Origin: Asterias rubens
Lineage: Eukaryota
Assembly: GCF_902459465.1 (NCBI RefSeq)
Contig: NC_047064.1
Coordinates: 6,572,001 to 6,636,000 of the forward strand
Reading direction: 5' to 3'
DNA: 64,000 bases
Position numbers and translations under genes: made by a program. Positions 10,600 through 24,418 of the stretch are shown piece after piece. Within the stretch, counting starts at the first letter, position 1. The number at the start of each line of letters is the position of its first letter. The notes under the pieces were generated by a model. That model searched no databases, was not told the DNA's origin, and worked only from the letters and a program-made list of their open reading frames with translations.

Positions 10600-12856
10600 C
10601 GTAAAATTGATTACAAATGAAAATGTAGCGAAATAAATTGTGAAGTTTTTTAGTATGACTTTTTGCAGCGGATTTTATATTAAAAAAGGTTAAATTGGGG
10701 TATGTTGAATGAACTATCAGTGTAACAAATTTGAGGTAAAATTTTCTTATAAATCAATGTGAAATCCTCGGGAAAAACGGTTTATTGACTACTTTCGATC
10801 TCAAAAACACCGCTTTGTACACCGAGTGCACCAGTAATGCAACCGAAAGCTAAAATAAACCAGCCTGAGATTTAGAAAGTATTTAAATAAAACTGTAAAA
10901 CCTCAGGCAAGGTTGAACGATTGTCTAAGGCTCCAAATAATAAAATGAACGCGCAGTGTTGAATATAGTCATTGCTTTATGAAAAGATTTGTCTCGAGAA
11001 CTTAGCAATGAACAATACATTTGAGTTATATATAAATGCACCAAGGTCCTACAAAAGAATGTAATTCCTGTTTAACTTATCAAGAGTCACAGGCACTCGA
11101 GGTTTAAACACCTACATCGAATTGACAAATTGGTTATCACAAATACTCGCGGGGTTTATCTTTTATATAATTTGAGGGCCAATGCTTTTTACTCTCCCTA
11201 ATATAATGTTTCCTGTTCTTAGAGGAAAGCTCCAAAAACCCTTTGGGAGTATGTGTACATCTCGTTAAGTTCCTTCGGGAATAATATGTTACATATTCCT
11301 AACGTTTTTGTCAAAAGCCACTTTACCGTCAAACCAAACCTTTACATAAATTTCATAAAACTGGTAGTGAAACTCGAGTTCTTAAAGGCAGTGGACACTT
11401 TTGGTAATTACTCAAAATAGTTGTTAGCATACAAACTTACTTGTTTACCGATCAAAGGAGAGCTGTTGATAGTATATAAAACATTCGTTAGAAACGGCTC
11501 CCTCTGAAGTAACGTAGTCTCGAGAAAGAAGTAATTTTCCACTCAAATAATGTTATGTGAATTTGACTTCGAGACCTCAGAATTAGATTTTAGAATTAGG
11601 CATTAGTAGACAGCACACAACTTCGTTAGACAAGGTTGTTTTTTCTTCGAGTTTTATCATTCTTTTGAATCCTCAAGGTAACAAAAAAATCGGTATTAAA
11701 CTAATTGTCAAAACCTACAACAATTTGTGTTTTATACAAATCTTCAAGTCGGCTCAGAGAAGAAAGGACTTAGTAAGACCCGGATAGACAGAGTCGGCCT
11801 ATAGCACAGAGACTTAAAGCCATTGGACACTTTCGGAACAGAACCAAAACAAAGTTCACAGATTTACAAATAACTTACAGGGTTTACAAAAGGTAATGGT
11901 GAAAGACTTCTGTTGAAATGGAATGCTTTACTTTTTGAGAAAACATTAAAACAATATCAATTCTCGAAATTACGGATGACACGGCGAAACGTGCGGAAAC
12001 AAGGGTGGGTTTTCCCCGTTATTTTCTCCCGACTCCGATGACCGATTGAGCCTAAATTATCACAGGTTTGTTATTTTATATATAAAATGTGATACACGAA
12101 GTGTGGGCCTTGGACAATCGTGTAAATGTCCAATGGCTTTAATCAACCAAAAAAAATACCAAGTCGGCTCGTCAGAGCAGAAATTACCTTTAAGACATAG
12201 AACGAACCGGTTGGCTAGAAGCACAATGGATATTTTTGTGGTCTAAGTTCTGTCTTTATGGGCAATCAATGTGGAACATGCTAACATTGAAAGATCAACG
12301 CTTTTAGTTTCTTGACACGCAATTCTCACCAAGAAACTTTCAGATTAAGAATACTCGTCAAGGTCGTTCTTATAAATGATCAAGGCAACAAAGGAAAACA
12401 GTAACCGTGCACATCGGTATAAAACTAGTCGTCAAGACCTTCAAATTTAAACCGCGACCTGAATTGTGTTTACCACAAACAATCTACTGCAACGAAAGAC
12501 TTAACAATGAATTTCTTAACACATAATATTCTCGTAACGAAACTTGCAAATTATTCATAGTCCTCAAGGTAACAAAACAAAAACAGTAAACCGTGCACAT
12601 CGGAATAAAACTTTTCATTTAGACTTTCAAAATGTTTTGTGTGCTATCCAAATCTTCAAATCGGCTCAGAAAAGAAAAGACCCGTAAAAAAGGAAGTCGG
12701 CTTCGAGCATGGACACTTCATAATAAAAACAACTTAGGATTACGTACATTCTGTGCATATAGGAAGATTATTTTTTGGCAAAACCATCGAATATCGTTTG
12801 TGTTTTCTCGTGAATTATTTGCATATTTGAGTGATTCGTACCTTATTTCTTAGTTC

Positions 12857-13852
12857 TTACATCGCCTGTGTAATTGCCGATTGCTGTATCGGGTCTATGG
12901 CCAAAGAGGGCGCATCGTTAGACTCCACTCCAGGACGCACTCGGCTTCGACCAAATCGGCCCCGTACAAGTTGCTTAAACTGTGTACGGAAATGCTCGTA
13001 CTTGAAGCAATAAACGACAGGGTTCACGCTCATGTTGCACATGATCAAACCCGTGAAAGCCAGACTGATTGAAGTGAATGACCTTGTTCTTCTTGTGACG
13101 ACACCAATGGTTAGGAGAAATCGCAAAGTCTGCGTCGGGGTCCAGCAAATGAAGAACATGCAACCAGCGATCAGCATCGTCATGATGACGTTTCTCTTAG
13201 CCTTACTGAAGACACCATCTTGCTGATTGGCGTTAGCAATGTCAAGTTTGTGTCGAAGAACGAGGAGTATTGTAACGTACGAAAACGATATAAGGATGAC
13301 TGGAACGATATACTCGACGAAAACAGTTACACAAAACACAATATTCAATGCAGTGGGACTAATGGAACGATTAAAGCCGCACCGATTCCCATTGACTTTG
13401 TAGAGGAAAATATACATGACAGCATATATGAACCCGATGATCCAAGCAACACACATTGAAACGTTGATCTTAAAGAGTGAGCAGTAGTTGCGGTGTTTGA
13501 CCGGATAGCACGTGGCAAGAAAACGCTCCAGCGATATCACCACCAGATTGTACGTGGATGCTACGCTTACACCCCAAACAAAGAAGTTTGAGAAAATCAA
13601 CCTGCAGAGAATCCAACCAGAGAAATGTATCTCTACATTCTCCAGAAGCGAACTTTGAATGATCCCAGTCATGAGGAGAAACACCAAACCAGAGATGAAG
13701 TCGATGATGGATTGGTGACGGATAAGTCGGTTAGTGAAGGAGCTGAACTGTTTACGCCTGACCGTCATGACGAAAATCACCAAACCGTTTCCGAGGATAG
13801 CCAAAAATGCCATGATCATATTTAACACAAAAGCCAAACCTTCACTTGCCAT
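12857..13852 (-). CDS. Class A GPCR type B1 (331 aa)
   Basis: Intact 7TM ORF from ATG 13852 (MASEG), same motifs; YVTIL and RTQFK variant. The track extension to 13882 uses a TTG and is not used. Confidence 0.92.
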   Translation of the reverse strand: MASEGLAFVLNMIMAFLAILGNGLVIFVMTVRRKQFSSFTNRLIRHQSIIDFISGLVFLLMTGIIQSSLLENVEIHFSGWILCRLIFSNFFVWGVSVASTYNLVVISLERFLATCYPVKHRNYCSLFKINVSMCVAWIIGFIYAVMYIFLYKVNGNRCGFNRSISPTALNIVFCVTVFVEYIVPVILISFSYVTILLVLRHKLDIANANQQDGVFSKAKRNVIMTMLIAGCMFFICWTPTQTLRFLLTIGVVTRRTRSFTSISLAFTGLIMCNMSVNPVVYCFKYEHFRTQFKQLVRGRFGRSRVRPGVESNDAPSLAIDPIQQSAITQAM

Positions 13853-15589
13853 TGTAGGCTGATCGGGAAAAAAGTTTATCAAAAAATACTCTGAAGTATT
13901 TTGATCAGATTGTTTGCTGCTCCAACAACAGATGAATATATGTTGAGATTGTTGAGTGTACTAAGTAAAGGCTTGATTGTTTTGAGAAAGATATCATCAA
14001 CTAAAATGACGCGACTTAGTTTGGTGAAAGCAGGAAATATCAATGGCAAATTCAGAAACCCACAGCATGTGGTTTATACTGATAACTTCGGATCTCTCAC
14101 CAACTATCCTTGTCCAGGCGAACAGTAGTGGGGCCAAAGCATAAAACGAATGTGCGGAGTAGTCGAAGGTATTTGAATAAAACTGTACAGGGCAACCTTA
14201 GACGATTATATTTATAGGAATCCACATCACACACCGTATACAACACTGAACATTTTATTCAAAATTGAAGTTTGGCGGCTAAATTGCACCAAAGATCCTT
14301 TTAGAGTCATGTAATGCTTTCCGCAAGCTTTCAGCATTTCTTGTTAACCTGTAAAGTGCCACCGACTTTCAAGCAAACAAAAAATCGGGACCTGATTCTC
14401 GTTGATCACAAACAATCAACTTCAAAATAAAAGTTTGAAGGTTAATTTGCAGCCAAGATCCTTTCAGAGTCATGTGTGGCTTTCTGCCAGCTTTCAGCAT
14501 TTCTTAAGACGCCACCGACTTTGAAGCAAACCAAATATCGGGACCTGAATCTTGTTGATCACAAACAATCTACTCATCATCATTCGGCATAGACTTGCGT
14601 CTGTGCCCGCTCGTCATCAGGTTGTAATGGGGGCGCACTCCTGGAGTTGCCGCAATCACCTGGTGTCTGTCAACAATCTACTGCTGCAGTGAAATACTCT
14701 AGATTTGAAAGATCAACGCATTTAATTTCTTGACACACATTCTCGTCAAGAAACCTACAGTTAGACTATTCTTCTAGGTCATTCTTTTAAATTCTCAAGA
14801 AAAAAGAAAGAAAAAAAGATAGTAACCGGTATACAACTTTTCGTCAAGACCTCCAGAAACTTTAATCCAAATCTTCAGGTCGGCTCAGAGAAGAAATGAC
14901 TTCAAATGAGACCTGGAAAGACAGACTCGGCTTCGAGTGCAGAAACTTAATAGACCAACAAAATACAAAGTCGGCTCAGAGCAGAAATGACGACGTATGA
15001 GACCTAGAAAGACCCGGTTGGTTAAGAGGACAAAGAACTTGGATATTTTCTGGGTTAAAAAAGGGTTCTGTCTTTTCTGGGTCGGCAATCAAAGTGAAAG
15101 ACGCTAAAAAATGAAAGATCAACGCTTTAATTTCTTGACACACAATTCTCACCAGAAACTTTCAGATTAAGAATACTCGTCAAGGTCGTTCTTATAAATG
15201 ATCAAGGCAATAAAAGAAAACGGTAACCGTGCACATCGGAATAAAAACTAGTCGTCAAGACCTTCAAATTTAAACCGCGACCTGAATTGTGTTTACCACA
15301 AACAGTCTACTGCAGTGAAAGAATTAAAAATGAATTTCTCAACACATAATATTCTCGTAACGAAACTTGCAAGTTATTCAATGTCTTCAAGGTTATAAAA
15401 CAAAAGCAAAAAAAAACGGAAAAAAAAGAGTCGGCTTCGAGCACGGACACTTAATATAAACAAAACTTAGGATTACGTATACATTCTGTGCTATAGGAAT
15501 GTTATTTTTTGGCAAAACCATCAAATACCGTTTGTGTTTTCCCGTGACTATCTGCACATTTGAGTGAACCGTACCTTATTTCTAAAATC

Positions 15590-15881
15590 TTACATCGCTT
15601 GTGTCGTTGCCAATTGCTGAATCGGGTCTATGGCCAAAGAGGGCGCACCAGTAGACTCCACTCCAGGACGCACTCGGTTTAGACCAAATCGGCTCCGTAC
15701 AAGTTGCTTGAGCTGTGTACGGAAATGCTCGTACTTGAAGCAATAAACGACTGGATTTACACTCATGTTGCACATGATCATACCCATGAGTGCCTGTCCA
15801 AGGAGATTAACTGATGAGGAGAGTGGCCGAGCATGCGATAGTCACGTTCAACGCAGTTGCACAGCCGTCATTTGATTCCAT
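15590..15881 (-). pseudogene. Internally deleted GPCR pseudogene (psi copy 3)
   Basis: Same 292-bp structure and junction as copy 1. Confidence 0.9.
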
Positions 15882-18135
15882 CGTAAAATTGATTACAAAT
15901 GAAAATGTAGCGAAATAATTGTGAAGTTTTTTAGTATGAGTTTTTGCAGCGGATTTTATATTAAAAAAAGGTTAAATTGGGGTATGTTGAATGAACTCTC
16001 AGTGTAACAAATTTGAGGTAAAATTTTCTTATAAATCAATGTGAAATCCGCGGGAAAAAAAAACGTTTTATTTACTACTTTCGATCTCAAAACACCGCTT
16101 TGTACACCGAGTGCACCAGTAATGCAACCGAAAGCTAAAATAAACCAGCCTGAGATTTAGAAAGTATTTAAATAAAACTGTAAAACCTCAGGCAAGGTTG
16201 AACGATTGTCTAAGGCTCCAAATAATAAAATGAACGCGCAGTGTTGAATATAGTCATTGCTTTATGAAAAGATTTGTCTCGAGAACTTAGCAATGAACAA
16301 TACATTTGAGTATATATAAATGCACCAAGGTCCTACAAAAGAATGTAATTCCTGTTTAACTTATCAAGAGTCACAGGCACTCGAGGTTTAAACACCTACA
16401 TCGAATTGACAAATTGGTTATCACAAATACTCGCGGGGTTTATCTTTTATATAATTTGAGGGCCAATGCTTTTTACTCTCCCTAATATAATGTTCCTGTT
16501 CTTAGAGGAAGCTCCAAAAACCCTTTGGGAGTATGTGTACATCTCGTTAAGTTCCTTCGGAATAATATGTTACATATTCCTAACGTTTTTGTCAAAAGCC
16601 ACTTTACCGTCAACCAAACCTTTACATAAATTTCATAAACTGGTAGTGAAACTCGAGTTCTTAAAGTAACTGGACACTTTTGGTAATTACTCAAAATAGT
16701 TGTTAGCATACAAACTTACTTGTTTAACGATCAAAGGAGAGCTGTTGATAGTATATAAAACATTCGTTAGAAACGGCTCCCTCTGAAGTAACGTAGTCTC
16801 GAGAAAGAAGTAATTTTCCACTCAAATAATGTTATGTGAATTTGACTTCGAGACCTCAGAATTAGATTTTAGAATTAGGCATTAGTAGACAGCACACAAC
16901 TTCGTTAGACAAGGTTTGTTTTTCTTCGAGTTTTATCATTCTTTTGAATCCTCAAGGTAACAAAAAAATCGGTATTAAACTAATTGTCAAAACCTACAAC
17001 AATTTGTGTTTTATACAAATCTTCAAGTCGGCTCAGAGAAGAAAGGACTTAGTAAGACCCGGATAGACAGAGTCGGCCTATAGCACAGAGACTTAAAGCC
17101 ATTGGACACTTTCGGAACAGAACCAAAACAAAGTTCACAGATTTACAATAACTTACAGGGTTTACAAAAGGTAATGGTGAAAGACTTCTGTTGAAATGGA
17201 ATGCTTTACTTTTTGAGAAAACATTAAAACAATATCAATTCTCGAAATTACGGATGACACGGCGAAACGTGCGGAAACAAGGGTGGGTTTTCCCCGTTAT
17301 TTTCTCCCGACTCCGATGACCGATTGAGCCTAAATTATCACAGGTTTGTTATTTTATATATAAAATGTGATACACGAAGTGTGGGCCTTGGACAATCGTG
17401 TAAATGTCCAATGGCTTTAATCAACCAAAAAAAAATACCAAGTCGGCTCGTCAGAGCAGAAATTACCTTTAAGACATAGAACGAACCGGTTGGCTAGAAG
17501 CACAATGGATATTTTTGTGGTCTAAGTTCTGTCTTTATGGGCAATCAATGTGGAACATGCTAACATTGAAAGATCAACGCTTTTAGTTTCTTGACACGCA
17601 ATTCTCACCAAGAAACTTTCAGATTAAGAATACTCGTCAAGGTCGTTCTTATAAATGATCAAGGCAACAAAGGAAAACAGTAACCGTGCACATCGGTATA
17701 AAACTAGTCGTCAAGACCTTCAAATTTAAACCGCGACCTGAATTGTGTTTACCACAAACAATCTACTGCAACGAAAGACTTAACAATGAATTTCTTAACA
17801 CATAATATTCTCGTAACGAAACTTGCAAATTATTCATAGTCCTCAAGGTAACAAAACAAAAACAGTAAACCGTGCACATCGGAATAAAACTTTTCATTTA
17901 GACTTTCAAAATGTTTTGTGTGCTATCCAAATCTTCAAATCGGCTCAGAAAAGAAAAGACCCGTAAAAAAGGAAGTCGGCTTCGAGCATGGACACTTCAT
18001 AATAAAAACAACTTAGGATTACGTACATTCTGTGCATATAGGAAGATTATTTTTTGGCAAAACCATCGAATATCGTTTGTGTTTTCTCGTGAATTATTTG
18101 CATATTTGAGTGATTCGTACCTTATTTCTTAGTTC

Positions 18136-19131
18136 TTACATCGCCTGTGTAATTGCCGATTGCTGTATCGGGTCTATGGCCAAAGAGGGCGCATCGTTAG
18201 ACTCCACTCCAGGACGCACTCGGCTTCGACCAAATCGGCCCCGTACAAGTTGCTTAAACTGTGTACGGAAATGCTCGTACTTGAAGCAATAAACGACAGG
18301 GTTCACGCTCATGTTGCACATGATCAAACCCGTGAAAGCCAGACTGATTGAAGTGAATGACCTTGTTCTTCTTGTGACGACACCAATGGTTAGGAGAAAT
18401 CGCAAAGTCTGCGTCGGGGTCCAGCAAATGAAGAACATGCAACCAGCGATCAGCATCGTCATGATGACGTTTCTCTTAGCCTTACTGAAGACACCATCTT
18501 GCTGATTGGCGTTAGCAATGTCAAGTTTGTGTCGAAGAACGAGGAGTATTGTAACGTACGAAAACGATATAAGGATGACTGGAACGATATACTCGACGAA
18601 AACAGTTACACAAAACACAATATTCAATGCAGTGGGACTAATGGAACGATTAAAGCCGCACCGATTCCCATTGACTTTGTAGAGGAAAATATACATGACA
18701 GCATATATGAACCCGATGATCCAAGCAACACACATTGAAACGTTGATCTTAAAGAGTGAGCAGTAGTTGCGGTGTTTGACCGGATAGCACGTGGCAAGAA
18801 AACGCTCCAGCGATATCACCACCAGATTGTACGTGGATGCTACGCTTACACCCCAAACAAAGAAGTTTGAGAAAATCAACCTGCAGAGAATCCAACCAGA
18901 GAAATGTATCTCTACATTCTCCAGAAGCGAACTTTGAATGATCCCAGTCATGAGGAGAAACACCAAACCAGAGATGAAGTCGATGATGGATTGGTGACGG
19001 ATAAGTCGGTTAGTGAAGGAGCTGAACTGTTTACGCCTGACCGTCATGACGAAAATCACCAAACCGTTTCCGAGGATAGCCAAAAATGCCATGATCATAT
19101 TTAACACAAAAGCCAAACCTTCACTTGCCAT
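18136..19131 (-). CDS. Class A GPCR type B1 (331 aa)
   Basis: Protein identical to 12857-13852. Confidence 0.92.
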   Translation of the reverse strand: MASEGLAFVLNMIMAFLAILGNGLVIFVMTVRRKQFSSFTNRLIRHQSIIDFISGLVFLLMTGIIQSSLLENVEIHFSGWILCRLIFSNFFVWGVSVASTYNLVVISLERFLATCYPVKHRNYCSLFKINVSMCVAWIIGFIYAVMYIFLYKVNGNRCGFNRSISPTALNIVFCVTVFVEYIVPVILISFSYVTILLVLRHKLDIANANQQDGVFSKAKRNVIMTMLIAGCMFFICWTPTQTLRFLLTIGVVTRRTRSFTSISLAFTGLIMCNMSVNPVVYCFKYEHFRTQFKQLVRGRFGRSRVRPGVESNDAPSLAIDPIQQSAITQAM

Positions 19132-20871
19132 TGTAGGCTGATCGGGAAAAAAAGTTTATCAAAAAATACTCTGAAGTATTTTGATCAGATTGTTTGCTGC
19201 TCCAACAACAGATGAATATATGTTGAGATTGTTGAGTGTACTAAGTAAAGGCTTGATTGTTTTGAGAAAGATATCATCAACTAAAATGACGCGACTTAGT
19301 TTGGTGAAAGCAGGAAATATCAATGGCAAATTCAGAAACCCACAGCATGTGGTTTATACTGATAACTTCGGATCTCTCACCAACTATCCTTGTCCAGGCG
19401 AACAGTAGTGGGGCCAAAGCATAAAACGAATGTGCGGAGTAGTCGAAGGTATTTGAATAAAACTGTACAGGGCAACCTTAGACGATTATATTTATAGGAA
19501 TCCACATCACACACCGTATACAACACTGAACATTTTATTCAAAATTGAAGTTTGGCGGCTAAATTGCACCAAAGATCCTTTTAGAGTCATGTAATGCTTT
19601 CCGCAAGCTTTCAGCATTTCTTGTTAACCTGTAAAGTGCCACCGACTTTCAAGCAAACAAAAAATCGGGACCTGATTCTCGTTGATCACAAACAATCAAC
19701 TTCAAAATAAAAGTTTGAAGGTTAATTTGCAGCCAAGATCCTTTCAGAGTCATGTGTGGCTTTCTGCCAGCTTTCAGCATTTCTTAAGACGCCACCGACT
19801 TTGAAGCAAACCAAATATCGGGACCTGAATCTTGTTGATCACAAACAATCTACTCATCATCATTCGGCATAGACTTGCGTCTGTGCCCGCTCGTCATCAG
19901 GTTGTAATGGGGGCGCACTCCTGGAGTTGCCGCAATCACCTGGTGTCTGTCAACAATCTACTGCTGCAGTGAAATACTCTAGATTTGAAAGATCAACGCA
20001 TTTAATTTCTTGACACACATTCTCGTCAAGAAACCTACAGTTAGACTATTCTTCTAGGTCATTCTTTTAAATTCTCAAGAAAAAAGAAAGAAAAAAAGAT
20101 AGTAACCGGTATACAACTTTTCGTCAAGACCTCCAGAAACTTTAATCCAAATCTTCAGGTCGGCTCAGAGAAGAAATGACTTCAAATGAGACCTGGAAAG
20201 ACAGACTCGGCTTCGAGTGCAGAAACTTAATAGACCAACAAAATACAAAGTCGGCTCAGAGCAGAAATGACGACGTATGAGACCTAGAAAGACCCGGTTG
20301 GTTAAGAGGACAAAGAACTTGGATATTTTCTGGGTTAAAAAAGGGTTCTGTCTTTTCTGGGTCGGCAATCAAAGTGAAAGACGCTAAAAAATGAAAGATC
20401 AACGCTTTTAATTTCTTGACACACAATTCTCACCAAGAAACTTTCAGATTAAGAATACTCGTCAAGGTCGTTCTTATAAATGATCAAGGCAATAAAAGAA
20501 AACGGTAACCGTGCACATCGGAATAAAACTAGTCGTCAAGACCTTCAAATTTAAACCGCGACCTGAATTGTGTTTACCACAAACAGTCTACTGCAGTGAA
20601 AGAATTAAAAATGAATTTCTCAACACATAATATTCTCGTAACGAAACTTGCAAGTTATTCAATGTCTTCAAGGTTATAAAACAAAAGCAAAAAAAAACGG
20701 AAAAAAAGAGTCGGCTTCGAGCACGGACACTTAATATAAACAAAACTTAGGATTACGTATACATTCTGTGCATATAGGAATGTTATTTTTTTGGCAAAAC
20801 CATCAAATACCGTTTGTGTTTTCCCGTGACTATCTGCACATTTGAGTGAACCGTACCTTATTTCTAAAATC

Positions 20872-21163
20872 TTACATCGCTTGTGTCGTTGCCAATTGCT
20901 GAATCGGGTCTATGGCCAAAGAGGGCGCACCAGTAGACTCCACTCCAGGACGCACTCGGTTTAGACCAAATCGGCTCCGTACAAGTTGCTTGAGCTGTGT
21001 ACGGAAATGCTCGTACTTGAAGCAATAAACGACTGGATTTACACTCATGTTGCACATGATCATACCCATGAGTGCCTGTCCAAGGAGATTAACTGATGAG
21101 GAGAGTGGCCGAGCATGCGATAGTCACGTTCAACGCAGTTGCACAGCCGTCATTTGATTCCAT
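20872..21163 (-). pseudogene. Internally deleted GPCR pseudogene (psi copy 4)
   Basis: Same 292-bp structure and junction. Confidence 0.9.
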
Positions 21164-23422
21164 CGTAAAATTGATTACAAATGAAAATGTAGCGAAATAA
21201 ATTGTGAAGTTTTTTAGTATGAGTTTTTGCAGCGGATTTTATATTAAAAAAAGGTTAAATTGGGGTATGTTGAATGAACTCTCAGTGTAACAAATTTGAG
21301 GTAAAATTTTCTTATAAATCAATGTGAAATCCGCGGGAAAAAAACGTTTTATTTACTACTTTCGATCTCAAAAACACCGCTTTGTACACCGAGTGCACCA
21401 GTAATGCAACCGAAAGCTAAAATAAACCAGCCTGAGATTTAGAAAGTATTTAAATAAAACTGTAAAACCTCAGGCAAGGTTGAACGATTGTCTAAGGCTC
21501 CAAATAATAAAATGAACGCGCAGTGTTGAATATAGTCATTGCTTTATGAAAAGATTTGTCTCGAGAACTTAGCAATGAACAATACATTTGAGTTATATAT
21601 AAATGCACCAAGGTCCTACAAAAGAATGTAATTCCTGTTTAACTTATCAAGAGTCACAGGCACTCGAGGTTTAAACACCTACATCGAATTGACAAATTGG
21701 TTATCACAAATACTCGCGGGGTTTATCTTTTATATAATTTGAGGGCCAATGCTTTTTACTCTCCCTAATATAATGTTTCCTGTTCTTAGAGGAAAGCTCC
21801 AAAAACCCTTTGGGAGTATGTGTACATCTCGTTAAGTTCCTTCGGGAATAATATGTTACATATTCCTAACGTTTTTGTCAAAAGCCACTTTACCGTCAAA
21901 CCAAACCTTTACATAAATTTCATAAAACTGGTAGTGAAACTCGAGTTCTTAAAGTAACTGGACACTTTTGGTAATTACTCAAAATAGTTGTTAGCATACA
22001 AACTTACTTGTTTAACGATCAAAGGAGAGCTGTTGATAGTATATAAAACATTCGTTAGAAACGGCTCCCTCTGAAGTAACGTAGTCTCGAGAAAGAAGTA
22101 ATTTTCCACTCAAATAATGTTATGTGAATTTGACTTCGAGACCTCAGAATTAGATTTTAGAATTAGGCATTAGTAGACAGCACACAACTTCGTTAGACAA
22201 GGTTGTTTTTTCTTCGAGTTTTATCATTCTTTTGAATCCTCAAGGTAACAAAAAAATCGGTATTAAACTAATTGTCAAAACCTACAACAATTTGTGTTTT
22301 ATACAAATCTTCAAGTCGGCTCAGAGAAGAAAGGACTTAGTAAGACCCGGATAGACAGAGTCGGCCTATAGCACAGAGACTTAAAGCCATTGGACACTTT
22401 CGGAACAGAACCAAAACAAAGTTCACAGATTTACAAATAACTTACAGGGTTTACAAAAGGTAATGGTGAAAGACTTCTGTTGAAATGGAATGCTTTACTT
22501 TTTGAGAAAACATTAAAACAATATCAATTCTCGAAATTACGGATGACACGGCGAAACGTGCGGAAACAAGGGTGGGTTTTCCCCGTTATTTTCTCCCGAC
22601 TCCGATGACCGATTGAGCCTAAATTATCACAGGTTTGTTATTTTATATATAAAATGTGATACACGAAGTGTGGGCCTTGGACAATCGTGTAAATGTCCAA
22701 TGGCTTTAATCAACCAAAAAAAATACCAAGTCGGCTCATCAGAGCAGAAATTACCTTTAAGACATAGAACGAACCGGTTGGCTAGAAGCACAATGGATAT
22801 TTTTGTGGTCTAAGTTCTGTCTTCATGGGCAATCAATGTGGAAGATGCTAACATTGAAAGATCAACGCTTTTAGTTTCTTGACACGCAATTCTCACCAAG
22901 AAACTTTCAGATTAAGAATACTCGTCAAGGTCGTTCTTATAAATGATCAAGGCAACAAAGGAAAACAGTAACCGTGCACATCGGTATAAAACTAGTCGTC
23001 AAGACCTTCAAATTTAAACCGCGACCTGAATTGTGTTTACCACAAACAATCTACTGCAACGAAAGACTTAACAATGAATTTCTTAACACATAATATTCTC
23101 GTAACGAAACTTGCAAATTATTCATAGTCCTCAAGGTAACAAAACAAAAACAGTAAACCGTGCACATCGGAATACAACTTTTCATTTAGACTTTCAAAAT
23201 GTTTTGTGTGCTATCCAAATCTTCAAATCGGCTCAGAAAAGAAAAGACCGGAAAAAGGGAGTCGGCTTCGAGCATGGACACTTAATAATAAAACAAAACT
23301 TAGGATTACGTACATTCTGTGCATATAGGAAGATTATTTTTTGGCAAAACCATCGAATATCGTTTGTGTTTTCTCGTGAATTATTTGCATATTTGAGTGA
23401 TTCGTACCTTATTTCTTAGTTC

Positions 23423-24418
23423 TTACATCGCCTGTGTAATTGCCGATTGCTGTATCGGGTCTATGGCCAAAGAGGGCGCATCGTTAGACTCCACTCCAGG
23501 ACGCACTCGGCTTCGACCAAATCGGCCCCGTACAAGTTGCTTAAGCTGTGTACGGAAATGCTCGTACTTGAAGCAATAAACGACAGGGTTCACGCTCATG
23601 TTGCACATGATCAAACCCGTGAAAGCCAGACTGATTGAAGTGAATGACCTTGTTCTTCTTGTGACGACACCAATGGTTAGGAGAAATCGCAAAGTCTGCG
23701 TCGGGGTCCAGCAAATGAAGAACATGCAACCAGCGATCAGCATCGTCATGATGACGTTTCTCTTAGCCTTACTGAAGACACCATCTTGCTGATTGGCGTT
23801 AGCAATGTCAAGTTTGTGTCGAAGAACGAGGAGTATTCTAACGTACGAAAACGATATAAGGATGACTGGAACGATATACTCGACGAAAACAGTTACACAA
23901 AACACAATATTCAATGCAGTGGGACTAATGGAACGATTAAAGCCGCACCGATTCCCATTGACTTTGTAGAGGAAAATATACATGACAGCATATATGAACC
24001 CGATGATCCAAGCAACACACATTGAAACGTTGATCTTAAAGAGTGAGCAGTAGTTGCGGTGTTTGACCGGATAGCACGTGGCAAGAAAACGCTCCAGCGA
24101 TATCACCACCAGATTGTACGTGGATGCTACGCTTACACCCCAAACAAAGAAGTTTGAGAAAATCAACCTGCAGAGAATCCAACCAGAGAAATGTATCTCT
24201 ACATTCTCCAGAAGCGAACTTTGAATGATCCCAGTCATGAGGAGAAACACCAAACCAGAGATGAAGTCGATGATGGATTGGTGACGGATAAGTCGGTTAG
24301 TGAAGGAGCTGAACTGTTTACGCCTGACCGTCATGACGAAAATCACCAAACCGTTTCCGAGGATAGCCAAAAATGCCATGATCATATTTAACACAAAAGC
24401 CAAACCTTCACTTGCCAT
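23423..24418 (-). CDS. Class A GPCR type B2 (331 aa)
   Basis: Intact 7TM ORF; YVRIL and RTQLK variant. Confidence 0.92.
   Translation of the reverse strand: MASEGLAFVLNMIMAFLAILGNGLVIFVMTVRRKQFSSFTNRLIRHQSIIDFISGLVFLLMTGIIQSSLLENVEIHFSGWILCRLIFSNFFVWGVSVASTYNLVVISLERFLATCYPVKHRNYCSLFKINVSMCVAWIIGFIYAVMYIFLYKVNGNRCGFNRSISPTALNIVFCVTVFVEYIVPVILISFSYVRILLVLRHKLDIANANQQDGVFSKAKRNVIMTMLIAGCMFFICWTPTQTLRFLLTIGVVTRRTRSFTSISLAFTGLIMCNMSVNPVVYCFKYEHFRTQLKQLVRGRFGRSRVRPGVESNDAPSLAIDPIQQSAITQAM

Noticed and set aside
13853-13882. 10-aa N-terminal extension (341-aa ORF)
   Set aside because: It depends on a TTG start and on one fewer A in a homopolymer than the sister copies; the region looks like a splice acceptor.
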